NCBI GenBank assembly: GCA_965229565.1
Contig: OZ245888.1
Coordinates: 2,073,467-2,137,466 of the forward strand
Source: Gammaproteobacteria bacterium
GTDB taxonomy: Bacteria > Pseudomonadota > Gammaproteobacteria > Eutrophobiales > Eutrophobiaceae
Length of the DNA stretch: 64,000 nucleotides
Direction: 5' to 3'
The position numbers and the translations under genes were made by a program. The number at the start of each line of letters is the position of its first letter. Within the stretch, counting starts at the first letter, position 1. Positions 54,984-64,000 of this stretch are shown piece after piece. The notes beneath the pieces were generated by a model. The model ran no database searches and was not told the DNA's origin. It saw only the letters and a list, made by a program, of their open reading frames with translations.

Positions 54984-56621
54984 TTAACCTGTTGCGGTTT
55001 TAACCCGGGGTACGGCAGAGAGTAATTTTTGCGTGTACTCGTTTTGCGGGTTCTGCAAGACCTGGTCGACCCTGCCCTGCTCCACGATCTTGCCCTGGTA
55101 CATCACGGCCACGTAATGGGCAATGTATTCGACCACGCTGATGTTATGCGTGATAAAAAGATAGCTGATCTTGTATTCCTGTTGCAGGTCTTTCAGTAAC
55201 GCCAGGATCTGCGCCTGCACGGAGACATCCAGTGCACTGGTGGGTTCATCACAAATGATCAGCTTGGGTTTCAGTGCCAGCGCACGGGCGATGCAGATAC
55301 GCTGACGCTGACCGCCGGAGAATTCATGCGGGTAACGAAACTGGTGCTCCGGTAACAAACCTACCTGCTCCAGTAATTGCGCGGTCAACCTGTCGCGTTC
55401 CTCGCGACTGCCGCCAATCTTCTGAGCCAGCATACCTTCCTGCAGGATATCGCGCACCATCATGCGTGGGTTCATGGAGGAATACGGGTCCTGGAACACG
55501 ATCTGGATATCGGAACGTTGTTTACGCAGCGCATCACCATCGAGCTTGCACAGGTCCTGGCCGTTGAAAGTAGCCGAGCCTGCCGTGGTTTGCAGTAATT
55601 GCAGTATGCCCTTGCCCATGGTGGTTTTACCGGAACCGGACTCGCCCACGATGGCAACGGTCTCTCCCTGGTGCACATCGATAGAGACACCATCCACGGC
55701 CTTGACGTGGCCGACGATACGTTTGAACACGCCCTTGCGTATCGGGTAATGCACTTTCAGATCGGTGACAGTCAATAGCTGCTCTCGCTCGCTCTTGTCA
55801 GTATCCACGTTGCCCTGCTCGGCAACGCGTTTCTCCCAACTGGGAATAGCATCGAATAACTGGTGCGTATAGGGGTGTTCCGGGTTATCGAATAAATCCT
55901 GCATGGATTTCTGCTCCACGATCACACCCTGTTTCATGACGGCAATCTGGTCAGCCATCTGTGCCGCCACGCCAAGGTCATGGGTAATAAACAGGATAGC
56001 CATGCCGGTATCGCGCTGAAGCTGTTTTAACAATTCAAGCACCTGTGCCTGTATGGTCACATCCAGTGCCGTGGTCGGTTCATCGGCGATCAGGAGTTCC
56101 GGTTCACAGGCCAGTGCGATCGCAATCATGATGCGTTGTTTCATACCGCCAGAGAACTGGTGCGGATAATCATTGATGCGTCGATCCGGTTCCGGAATAC
56201 CGACCGCATCTAACAGTTCAATACTGCGTTTCGCGGCTTCCTTGCTGGACATCTTCTTATGTCGTAACAGGGTTTCCTGTATTTGCTGGCCCGCGGTTAA
56301 TACCGGGTTCAACGAGGTCTGTGGTTCCTGGAAGATCATGCCGATACCGGCACCGCGGATATCACGCATCTGGCGCTCGGGGATCTTGAACAGGTCTTTG
56401 CCGTTTAAGAATACCTCGCCACTGGTTACCCTGGCCGCTGCTGGTAACAGGCGCATCATCGACATGGCGGTAATGGATTTACCGCTACCCGATTCACCCA
56501 GCAGGACAAAGGTCTCACCTTTATTAATATTGAAGCTGACATCATTCACTACCTTCACGACCTTGTCGCCACTGCCAAACTCGGTGGTCAGGTTTTTCAC
56601 TTCTATCAATGCGTCACTCAT
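54984..56621 (-). CDS. Duplicated ABC ATPase of a peptide/opine-type importer (YejF-like)
   Basis: 545 aa with two Walker A sites (GESGSGKS twice), two signatures ([16 protein letters not shown]) and two Walker B sites. Confidence 0.9.
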   Translation of the reverse strand: MSDALIEVKNLTTEFGSGDKVVKVVNDVSFNINKGETFVLLGESGSGKSITAMSMMRLLPAAARVTSGEVFLNGKDLFKIPERQMRDIRGAGIGMIFQEPQTSLNPVLTAGQQIQETLLRHKKMSSKEAAKRSIELLDAVGIPEPDRRINDYPHQFSGGMKQRIMIAIALACEPELLIADEPTTALDVTIQAQVLELLKQLQRDTGMAILFITHDLGVAAQMADQIAVMKQGVIVEQKSMQDLFDNPEHPYTHQLFDAIPSWEKRVAEQGNVDTDKSEREQLLTVTDLKVHYPIRKGVFKRIVGHVKAVDGVSIDVHQGETVAIVGESGSGKTTMGKGILQLLQTTAGSATFNGQDLCKLDGDALRKQRSDIQIVFQDPYSSMNPRMMVRDILQEGMLAQKIGGSREERDRLTAQLLEQVGLLPEHQFRYPHEFSGGQRQRICIARALALKPKLIICDEPTSALDVSVQAQILALLKDLQQEYKISYLFITHNISVVEYIAHYVAVMYQGKIVEQGRVDQVLQNPQNEYTQKLLSAVPRVKTATG

Positions 56622-57024
56622 CGTTCAATTCCGGTAGTGGTCTGGGTTTTCGGTTTTCATCCAGTGCGACATAGGTTAACTGAGCCTCGGTTACCTTGAC
56701 GATCACGGGGTCGGTTGGATTACGTTCTGCATACACATCAACATTGACTGTAATCGATGAGCGCCCGGTCTTGATGACTTCAGCATAACAACTGACTACA
56801 TCACCCACAAAAACGGGCTCGTGGAATTCCATCGAGTTCACAGCCACGGTAACCACGCGTCCGCGTGCCCGTTCCAGCGCCGGTATTGCCGCGGCACTGT
56901 CGATCTGCGACATTATCCAGCCACCGAAGATACTGCCACCCGGGTTGGTATCCTTGGGCATTGCCACCACGCGTATAGTGGGTAACCGATCCGTTGGCAG
57001 ACTTATTTTTGGTTTCGTACTCAT
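56614..57024 (-). CDS. Hotdog-fold acyl-CoA thioesterase (YciA-like)
   Basis: 136 aa with DTNPGGSIFGGWIMSQID typical of YciA-type thioesterases. It sits between the permease and ATPase genes. Confidence 0.75.
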   Translation of the reverse strand: MSTKPKISLPTDRLPTIRVVAMPKDTNPGGSIFGGWIMSQIDSAAAIPALERARGRVVTVAVNSMEFHEPVFVGDVVSCYAEVIKTGRSSITVNVDVYAERNPTDPVIVKVTEAQLTYVALDENRKPRPLPELNDE

Positions 57025-57027
57025 GGC

Positions 57028-58431
57028 TTACATTTCCCTGAGACGCGGATCAAAGGCATCGCGCACGGCATCGGCAAACAGGTTGGCAGCGAGTACCAGC
57101 AGGAACATGAAGACAAAAGCGGCAGCCAGTGACCACCACACGACCGGGTCGCGCGCCATCTCCAGACGGGCACCGTTAATCATGTTTCCCCAGCTGTGCA
57201 TACTTGGATCCACACCGATGTTGATATAAGACAGCACGGCCTCGGCCAGTACCAGGCCACTGAAATCCAGTACGATAGAGATCATAACGATATGCATGAC
57301 ATTGGGTAACAGGTGTCGCAACATAATCGAAAAGTTGCCTACACCGAAGGCCTGTGCGGCCTGGACGTAATCGACCTCACGCAACTTCAGTGTTTCAGCA
57401 CGAAGCAAACGACAAAGCCCTGTCCAGCTGGTGATACCCAGGATGATACAAAGGAATAACAATCGAAGATCTGCACGTTGTTCGAGACTGGTGAAATCCG
57501 CCTCGTGTTTACCAATATACACCTGCAGCAACAGGATAGACGCGGCTATCAATAACACGCCCGGAATCGAGTTTAATGTCGTGTACAGGTACTGGATGAC
57601 ATCATCGATCCAGCCGCGGAAGTAACCTGCCATCAGGCCCATCATGATGGCAAACGGCAACATCACCAGCGTGGTTAACGTACCAATGACGAGACCCGTA
57701 CGAATACTCTTGATCGCCTGGTAGAGCACATCCTGTCCGACCTTGTCCGTACCAAACACATGGTAGTGACCAGACAACGTATAGATAACACATAAGGTAA
57801 TTAGAACGATGGTAACCGTGAGCAGGATCGCATACCAGGGCACGTGCAACTCATCCCTCGCTATGCGTGCGACGATGTCCTTGATTGATTGCTTGTACCT
57901 TGATGAAAGATACGCACAAAAGACAAATGCCAGTAACAGGCTGATTAAAAAGCCAACAAAAATCCCTTGCATGGTCAGGCTGGCGATATCGCCCAGCCGT
58001 TCTGTTTCGGGGTCATCCAGGTGCGCACCACCGTACTGCAAACGTGGGTAATCACGTATTTGCGTCCCGTCATCCAGTTCAATAATTTCCTTGGCGAAAG
58101 CATAGGCTGCCAAAGGTGCCGAGTAGGTACGCTCGGTGTTCTTGCGCAGGTCATCGAGCACGATATCCAGCACGCTATGAATTTCGGTCGAGTACACGCT
58201 GTCACCGGTACCGTTAGTGTCTTCCAACTTCGGGTGAAAATGCAGCGAATCAAGCAAGCCAATAAGAATATAGATAAGTAATATCACCGCGGCCGACATC
58301 GCCAGAGGTCGCCTGGCGACCTCGCGCCACGGAGCACGCAGGTGCTCATGCCGACGCGCGTAAAAAATAAAACCGACCACCATTGCCAGAAGTAAAAAAA
58401 TGAAGGCGTCAGTGATAAAGATAACCGGCAT
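57028..58431 (-). CDS. ABC importer permease (YejE-like, long N-terminal extension)
   Basis: 467 aa with the BPD transporter core, an EAA-like loop (QAAQAFGVGNFSIMLRHLLPN) and a long periplasmic insert. Confidence 0.85.
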   Translation of the reverse strand: MPVIFITDAFIFLLLAMVVGFIFYARRHEHLRAPWREVARRPLAMSAAVILLIYILIGLLDSLHFHPKLEDTNGTGDSVYSTEIHSVLDIVLDDLRKNTERTYSAPLAAYAFAKEIIELDDGTQIRDYPRLQYGGAHLDDPETERLGDIASLTMQGIFVGFLISLLLAFVFCAYLSSRYKQSIKDIVARIARDELHVPWYAILLTVTIVLITLCVIYTLSGHYHVFGTDKVGQDVLYQAIKSIRTGLVIGTLTTLVMLPFAIMMGLMAGYFRGWIDDVIQYLYTTLNSIPGVLLIAASILLLQVYIGKHEADFTSLEQRADLRLLFLCIILGITSWTGLCRLLRAETLKLREVDYVQAAQAFGVGNFSIMLRHLLPNVMHIVMISIVLDFSGLVLAEAVLSYINIGVDPSMHSWGNMINGARLEMARDPVVWWSLAAAFVFMFLLVLAANLFADAVRDAFDPRLREM

Positions 58432-59408
58432 CAGTTAAGCCTCACGCGTGGATCTACGAGAGTATAAGAAATATCGGTAAGGATTAAACCGATGATATAG
58501 AGCACTGAACCGAGGAACACCATGGAACGCACGATAGCAAAGTCCTGCGCGTTAATAGCATCAATAGTGTAGCTCCCAAGACCCGGTATCGCGAAAAAAG
58601 ATTCAATGATCAAGCTACCGATAAACAGTTGCGGCAGTATAACAACGACACCGGTCAGGATCGGTATCAGTCCATTAATAAAGACATGTCGCGATAACAC
58701 TTTCGTTTCGGACAAGCCTTTTGCGCGCGCGGTGCGCACGTAGTCCTTGCTCATTTCCTCCAGGAAAATGGTGCGATACCAGCGAGTACTGGCCCCGATT
58801 CCACCAATCAACCCAACCAGTACCGGCAATACCGTGAACTTGATCGCGTTTGGCCCGGTATCAAAACCCGATATGGGTACCAGGTGCAGCATCTTGCCGA
58901 TGAGATACTGGCCACCAATAATATAAAACAGCCCCGAGATCGACATCATGATCACGCACAGGATCACACCCGACACATCCACGTATGTACCGCGGAAAAA
59001 CGCCAGTATGAGTCCAAACGTGATATAGGCCAGTAAACCCAGTATCAAACTGGGCACAGTGATCGCCAGGCTGGGCCACATGCGTTGACTGATGTCATAG
59101 CTGATATCCCGACCATTATCAGAACGCCCAAAATCAAACACGAACAGTCTTACCGAGTTTTCGAAGAAGATGGTGTCAGTCAATTTGTCCTTGCCTTCGG
59201 CCTCGGCGTTCCAGACTACCGGTTTGTCATAACCTCGCTCGACCTTCCACTTCTGTATCGCCTCTTCCGTCACGCGTTTCATACCCAGGTGCATACGAGC
59301 CATGTCATCGGGGGTATTCACTACGAAGAACAACATGAACGTGATCACGTTGACACCGATCAGGATCGGGATCGCGTACATCAGCCGGCGAGCAATATAA
59401 CTGATCAT
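58431..59408 (-). CDS. ABC importer permease (YejB-like)
   Basis: 325 aa from the ATG at 59408 (MISYIARRLMYAIPILIGV is the typical DppB/OppB-type start). ATGA overlap with the binding-protein gene. Confidence 0.85.
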   Translation of the reverse strand: MISYIARRLMYAIPILIGVNVITFMLFFVVNTPDDMARMHLGMKRVTEEAIQKWKVERGYDKPVVWNAEAEGKDKLTDTIFFENSVRLFVFDFGRSDNGRDISYDISQRMWPSLAITVPSLILGLLAYITFGLILAFFRGTYVDVSGVILCVIMMSISGLFYIIGGQYLIGKMLHLVPISGFDTGPNAIKFTVLPVLVGLIGGIGASTRWYRTIFLEEMSKDYVRTARAKGLSETKVLSRHVFINGLIPILTGVVVILPQLFIGSLIIESFFAIPGLGSYTIDAINAQDFAIVRSMVFLGSVLYIIGLILTDISYTLVDPRVRLN

Positions 59409-61561
59409 GAGATGGAACGTGTCTCCTTCCGACGCCAGGAAATAATCGCGGGCAACAACACAAGTATTACGCCAAGTATCAACACGGCGATTGGCCACCA
59501 GACCGGCTGGTTCCATTGTTGCTGACGCTCTGCACGCAACATGGGCTCAATACGCTTGTACTTGAGTGTGTTGTTGGCCATCAGGTTTGGCTTCGCATTC
59601 TTGTACCAGCCATGATGCAAGGTGAAACCAACCGGATGAAAACCCCACAACCATGGTGCATCACGTCTTGCAATTTCAACCATCTCGTCAATCACGGCCT
59701 GTCTTGCCGGACCATTATCCATGCTCTTCATTTCGTTGAAGAGCACATCGAATTCTGTACTTTTGTAGTTGGCCGCGTTTTCACCATTGTGATCTATCTT
59801 GGCATTTGGGCCATACAGCAGGAAGAAAAAGTTTTCAGGATCAGGGTAATCCGCGTTCCAGCCCCACTGGAATATCTGTGCCGTGCCCTTACGCATCTTT
59901 TCCTGGAAGCGGTTGTAGTCGGTCGCCCGCACAACCAGGTTGATGCCAAGCTTGCTGAACTGCTTGCGCAACCAGTCAAAACGGGCCTTGGTCCCCGGTC
60001 CGGCTGCAGGCGTATCCAGGTTTAATACCAGTGGTTGCCCGGTCGTTTCATCTCGCCCGTTTGGATAACCGGCCTCGGCCATTAAAGCCTTTGCGTCCTC
60101 GATATCCTTGCGCACCGCCTTGCCATCCTGCCATGTATATACATAGGGATTGATACCTTCTGCACCCGGAACATGACCAAAGATACCAGGCGGTATCGGT
60201 CCTTGTGCAGGCTCACCCCTACCGTTCATGAAAATGGAAATAAATTCCTCGTAATCAACCGCGATGGAAATAGCCCGACGTATCAGGCGTGCACTTTCAC
60301 TGTCACCACCAATGACATCATCAGCCATGTTAAATCCCATGTAAAAGGTCGACGTGGTAACCGCAGTCTTCAGGCGTATGTCTTTTTCACGCATTTCATC
60401 GGTTAGCATGGCATCACCCTGTGTATTAAAGGTGATGGCCTGGTCAAAACTGTCGGAGACTATCCCGGAAGTATCGTAGTACCCCTGTAAAAACTTGTTC
60501 CATTCAGGGATAGATTCCTTTTCCAGGCTGTAGATTGCCCGATCAATAAATGGCATTTTCTTACCGGCATCATCCAGCAGTCCGTCCTCCGCATCACCGG
60601 GAGCACCTTCTTCAGGATACAACTCGCCGCGAAAGTTTGGATTCTTGTCCAGTACCATGCGTCGGTTGGGATTATTTTCGGACAACATGAAAGGGCCTGT
60701 GCCAACAGGGAACCAGTCCAGCGTGATGTTTTTATCTTTCATACCGGGCTGCGAATAAAAATAATCTGCCTCCCATGCCATTGGTGAAAAGAAATACATG
60801 GATAACCAGTAACGAAACTGCGGGTACTTTTGTGTGAGCTCAATTTCAAAGGTGTAATCATCGATCACCCTGGCACCGGCTAATGGATACTTATTGAGAT
60901 TGAGATAGTCACCTTCGTTGTCCTGCATGGCCTCTGACAGGGTCCTGGCATAATCAGATAAACCGAGGATGTATTTCGACATCAGGCCGGCAATGGGAGA
61001 ATGCACCTTGGGGTGGGCCATGCGTTTTATCTGGTAGACATAATCCTGTGCTTTCAATTCACGTGTACCTACCAGCTTGAAATCAGACAACGTGTAGATA
61101 TTCTTCAGCTTTTCCGGGTTAAGGTCATGGTAGACATACTTGTTGTTGGCATCCCTGGCGAAGGCCGGATGCGGTTGATACAGGATCTCGGGCTTAATCC
61201 TGACGCGATAAATAACGCGGTCGATGCTTTCAATCTCAGCCCCGGCGTCCAGTACATTGCCCGCGTCATCATAATAAACGGGCTCGGGAACGGCAGTGGC
61301 GGTTAAAGGGACCAGGTCATAAGGGCGTTTCAGGAAATGATATTGCAGTGGCGGTTCGTAGATTTGTCCCAGGAAAACGTACTCGTTGGCACTGTAGGAA
61401 CTGACCGGGTCCAGGTGTTTGGGGCGCTCGGAAAAGGAGTCATAATAGACATTTTGCTGCACTTCTGCGGCCGGATAGGGGTTGTTCCATGGAGATTTAT
61501 CGCAACCACCCAGCAGCAAGAGGCTAATTATCAGGGCAAATCTAAATCCGGGACTCGGCAT
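59405..61561 (-). CDS. Family 5 ABC substrate-binding protein (YejA-like) with a lipobox and a C-terminal TM helix
   Basis: 718 aa. The N-terminus is LLLLGGC (lipobox-like), the body is SBP_bac_5-like, and the C-terminus is WWPIAVLILGVILVLLPAIISWRRK. Confidence 0.8.
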   Translation of the reverse strand: MPSPGFRFALIISLLLLGGCDKSPWNNPYPAAEVQQNVYYDSFSERPKHLDPVSSYSANEYVFLGQIYEPPLQYHFLKRPYDLVPLTATAVPEPVYYDDAGNVLDAGAEIESIDRVIYRVRIKPEILYQPHPAFARDANNKYVYHDLNPEKLKNIYTLSDFKLVGTRELKAQDYVYQIKRMAHPKVHSPIAGLMSKYILGLSDYARTLSEAMQDNEGDYLNLNKYPLAGARVIDDYTFEIELTQKYPQFRYWLSMYFFSPMAWEADYFYSQPGMKDKNITLDWFPVGTGPFMLSENNPNRRMVLDKNPNFRGELYPEEGAPGDAEDGLLDDAGKKMPFIDRAIYSLEKESIPEWNKFLQGYYDTSGIVSDSFDQAITFNTQGDAMLTDEMREKDIRLKTAVTTSTFYMGFNMADDVIGGDSESARLIRRAISIAVDYEEFISIFMNGRGEPAQGPIPPGIFGHVPGAEGINPYVYTWQDGKAVRKDIEDAKALMAEAGYPNGRDETTGQPLVLNLDTPAAGPGTKARFDWLRKQFSKLGINLVVRATDYNRFQEKMRKGTAQIFQWGWNADYPDPENFFFLLYGPNAKIDHNGENAANYKSTEFDVLFNEMKSMDNGPARQAVIDEMVEIARRDAPWLWGFHPVGFTLHHGWYKNAKPNLMANNTLKYKRIEPMLRAERQQQWNQPVWWPIAVLILGVILVLLPAIISWRRKETRSIS

Positions 61562-61689
61562 GGGAAATTATGATTATTGTGATCGTTGTTGATTGCAAAA
61601 TAGAGCATTATAAACGTGCCTGTTTTTCTGTACACTTTGATGTTCAATTACATAAATAATTCAATAAAAGCAGCTATAGGACTATTCGT

Positions 61690-62466
61690 ATGGGTTTACT
61701 AGAAAACAAACGTGCACTGATTGTGGGTGTTGCCAGTAACCGATCCATTGCCTGGGGTATTGCACAGGCCATGCATCGTGAGGGTGCAGAACTGGCCTTC
61801 ACCTACCAGAATGACAAATTAAGGGAACGCGTGGAAAAATTTGCGGCCGAGGTCGATTCAAACATTGTCATTCCCTGTGATGTTTCCAGCGATGAGCAGA
61901 TTACGCAGGTTTTCGAACACCTGGACGACTACTGGGATGGACTGGATATCCTTATTCATTCCGTCGCCTATGCACCGAAAGAGCAGCTGGATGGTGAATA
62001 CCTGGAGAACGTCACGCGCGAGGGTTTCCTGATGGCACATGAGATCAGTTCCTACAGCTTCTCAGCCCTGGGCGATGCCGCCCGTGAAATGATGAAGGGC
62101 CGCAATGGCTCCATGCTGACCCTGAGTTACATTGGCGCGGTCAGGGCCATGCCCAATTACAATGTTATGGGTGTCGCCAAGGCCAGTCTCGAGGCCAATG
62201 TACGTTACATGGCCTCCAGTCTTGGCCCGGAAGGCATACGAGTCAATGCAATATCAGCCGGTCCGATCAGAACCCTGGCTGCCTCCGGTATCAAGGGACT
62301 GCGTGATTTCCTGAATCAGGTCGAAAAGAATTCGCCGCTGCGTCGCAACGTCACCATAGACGAGGTCGGAAACGTGGCCGCATTCCTGTGCTCGGACTAC
62401 GCCTCGGCCGTCACCGGCGAAATCACTTACGTGGACTGTGGTTATAACTCAATAGGAACTGTTTAA
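61690..62466 (+). CDS. fabI: Enoyl-[acyl-carrier-protein] reductase (NADH)
   Basis: 258 aa. The N-terminus [24 protein letters not shown] plus the Y...[12 protein letters not shown] catalytic region match FabI. Confidence 0.9.
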   Translation: MGLLENKRALIVGVASNRSIAWGIAQAMHREGAELAFTYQNDKLRERVEKFAAEVDSNIVIPCDVSSDEQITQVFEHLDDYWDGLDILIHSVAYAPKEQLDGEYLENVTREGFLMAHEISSYSFSALGDAAREMMKGRNGSMLTLSYIGAVRAMPNYNVMGVAKASLEANVRYMASSLGPEGIRVNAISAGPIRTLAASGIKGLRDFLNQVEKNSPLRRNVTIDEVGNVAAFLCSDYASAVTGEITYVDCGYNSIGTV

Positions 62467-62477
62467 CCTCGCTGCTG

Positions 62478-63716
62478 ATGGCCATCAGCGAAAATAAACT
62501 CGTCATTGGCATTCTTATCGGCGCCATTGCTGGTGGTGTCTGTGGCTGGCTGTTTGGCCCGCAAATGGTACATATTGCCTGGATAGGCGACTTGTTCCTG
62601 GACCTGTTGAAGATGATGATTATTCCCCTCATCGTCGCGGCAGTTATCAGCGGTGTTTCTTCACTTGGTGATATTCGCAAGCTGGGGAAGCTGGGTGGCC
62701 TGACACTGGTTTATTATGCCTGTACTACTGCGCTTGCGGTGTTCATTGGTCTTGTGGTTGTGAATGTAATGCAACCCGGTGTTGGCATTGAGCAACTCAG
62801 TGACGAAATCCCGGAAATGGTAACGGCCAAGGGTGAAATTGGCTTTACCGATATCATTCAGTCCCTGGTCAGTCCTAATATCGTTGCAGCCGCTGCCGAG
62901 ACCCAGTTATTACCGATTATCGTTTTCAGCCTGCTGTTTGCCGCGGCCATGACAACGATAGGTCCAAAAAACAATACTATCCTGCAATTCTTTGACGGCC
63001 TGAATGACACCATGATGCGCCTGGTTATCTGGGTAATGGCACTGGCACCAGTTGGTATCTTCGCGCTGATTGCCGGTCAGATTGGCCGGGCCGGTGGCGC
63101 CGAGGCCATCCAACAGCAGCTGGCGAATGTGGGCACCTATTTCATGACCGTTGTGCTTGGCCTTGGCATCCACTTCGTTCTGTTATTCATCATACTCTGC
63201 CTGTTCAGTCGGCACGGCAAAAACTATCTTGTAAAACTGTCGCGCGCGTTGTTTACCGCCTTTGGTACAGCGAGCTCTTCAGCGACGCTGCCACTGACCA
63301 TGGAATGTGCTATCGAGGCGGGCGTAGATAAACGCTCAGTAAAGTTTGTGACTCCACTCGGGGCAACGGTAAACATGGACGGAACGGCGCTCTATGAAGC
63401 CGTCGCCGTGATGTTTATTGCACAGGCCTACGGTATTGAGATGAGCATCATGCAACAGGTGGTGATTTTTGTAACCGCGACACTGGCAGCGATAGGTGCT
63501 GCGGGCATACCCCAGGCGGGACTGGTCACCATGCTGATCGTATTAAATGCGGTCAATTTACCTGCTGAAGGTATTGGTATGATCCTGGCCGTGGATTGGC
63601 TGCTGGATCGTTTCAGGACGACGGTGAATGTATGGGGAGATAGTGTCGGCGCTGCCGTGATGGAGCGCTTCCTGCCTGCAGAGGCAACTCAGGAAAAAGA
63701 ATCGACCGTAACCTAA
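62478..63716 (+). CDS. Dicarboxylate/amino acid:cation symporter (DAACS family)
   Basis: 412 aa with DAACS motifs SSSATLP, NMDGTALYEAVA and AAGIPQAGLVTM. Confidence 0.9.
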   Translation: MAISENKLVIGILIGAIAGGVCGWLFGPQMVHIAWIGDLFLDLLKMMIIPLIVAAVISGVSSLGDIRKLGKLGGLTLVYYACTTALAVFIGLVVVNVMQPGVGIEQLSDEIPEMVTAKGEIGFTDIIQSLVSPNIVAAAAETQLLPIIVFSLLFAAAMTTIGPKNNTILQFFDGLNDTMMRLVIWVMALAPVGIFALIAGQIGRAGGAEAIQQQLANVGTYFMTVVLGLGIHFVLLFIILCLFSRHGKNYLVKLSRALFTAFGTASSSATLPLTMECAIEAGVDKRSVKFVTPLGATVNMDGTALYEAVAVMFIAQAYGIEMSIMQQVVIFVTATLAAIGAAGIPQAGLVTMLIVLNAVNLPAEGIGMILAVDWLLDRFRTTVNVWGDSVGAAVMERFLPAEATQEKESTVT

Positions 63717-63853
63717 TAATTGAGGGATTTACTAAAATCGTCACGAGCGATGTAAGGTTGGATTCCGCAGGAGCGCAGCAACCGGAATGTATATGTGAAT
63801 ACATGAGGATTGTGAGCACCGCCGGGATGCAAGATTACAAGCGCAGTAGATTT

Positions 63854-64000
63854 TTAGATGTTGTCTTCGAAGATCTTGATCTTCGCCCCATCCCTTGCCG
63901 TATCCAGGAATTCACGCCATTCGGCCGTACCGCGAAGACGAAGCATGTCGTTAACTGTTGCCTTCTCCGTGGTTTCAGCGACTTCTTCCACGTCGCCGTC
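63854..64000 (-). CDS. C-terminal fragment of an unidentified protein (gene continues beyond the window)
   Basis: Hand translation of the minus strand gives ...VNDMLRLRGTAEWREFLDTARDGAKIKIFEDNI followed by a stop at 63854-63856. The frame is open to the window edge. Confidence 0.3.
   Translation of the reverse strand, partial: DGDVEEVAETTEKATVNDMLRLRGTAEWREFLDTARDGAKIKIFEDNI

Noticed and set aside
63720-63853. Possible REP-like or structured element (ATTCCG-N14-CGGAAT and neighbouring GC-rich words) after the DAACS gene
   Set aside because: I saw only a single copy in the window, with a short stem and no T-run. That is not enough to call a repeat family or a terminator.
1-64000. Looked for tRNA/rRNA genes, CRISPR arrays, IS elements, integrases, phage genes and toxin-antitoxin or known defence genes
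   Set aside because: All intergenic gaps are short or AT-rich with no cloverleaf-like or direct-repeat/spacer structure. No ORF resembles a transposase, recombinase, nuclease-helicase or other defence hallmark.

Overview
This is a densely coding 64-kb chromosomal segment that looks gammaproteobacterial (AvtA, Gor, FabI, MsrA, MlaFEDC, a YejABEF-like importer, a two-domain PPK2-type PAP). I call about 65 protein-coding genes on both strands, mostly housekeeping, envelope, redox and transport functions. I saw no rRNA, tRNA, CRISPR array, transposase, integrase or phage genes, so nothing positively supports a mobile island or a classical defence locus. Four things are the least ordinary. (i) A tightly linked three-gene signalling module at 11.5-16.1 kb: a cNMP-binding protein with an MshEN-like helix motif, a receiver protein whose degenerate GGDEF and EAL domains are split by a ~350-aa repeat-built coiled coil, and a secreted Sel1 protein. 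(ii) A 1,214-aa Sel1-repeat protein at 40.1-43.7 kb with long acidic spacers and a recurring GFFSxLFG motif. (iii) A TetR / MMPL-RND / LolA-like / beta-barrel cluster with an operator-like palindrome. (iv) A Yej-like ABC importer operon with an embedded hotdog thioesterase and a binding protein that appears anchored at both ends. There are also several palindromes, two strong terminators and some AT-rich gaps. All family names come from reading the translated ORFs and DNA by eye. No searches were run, so family assignments are recognition-level calls.
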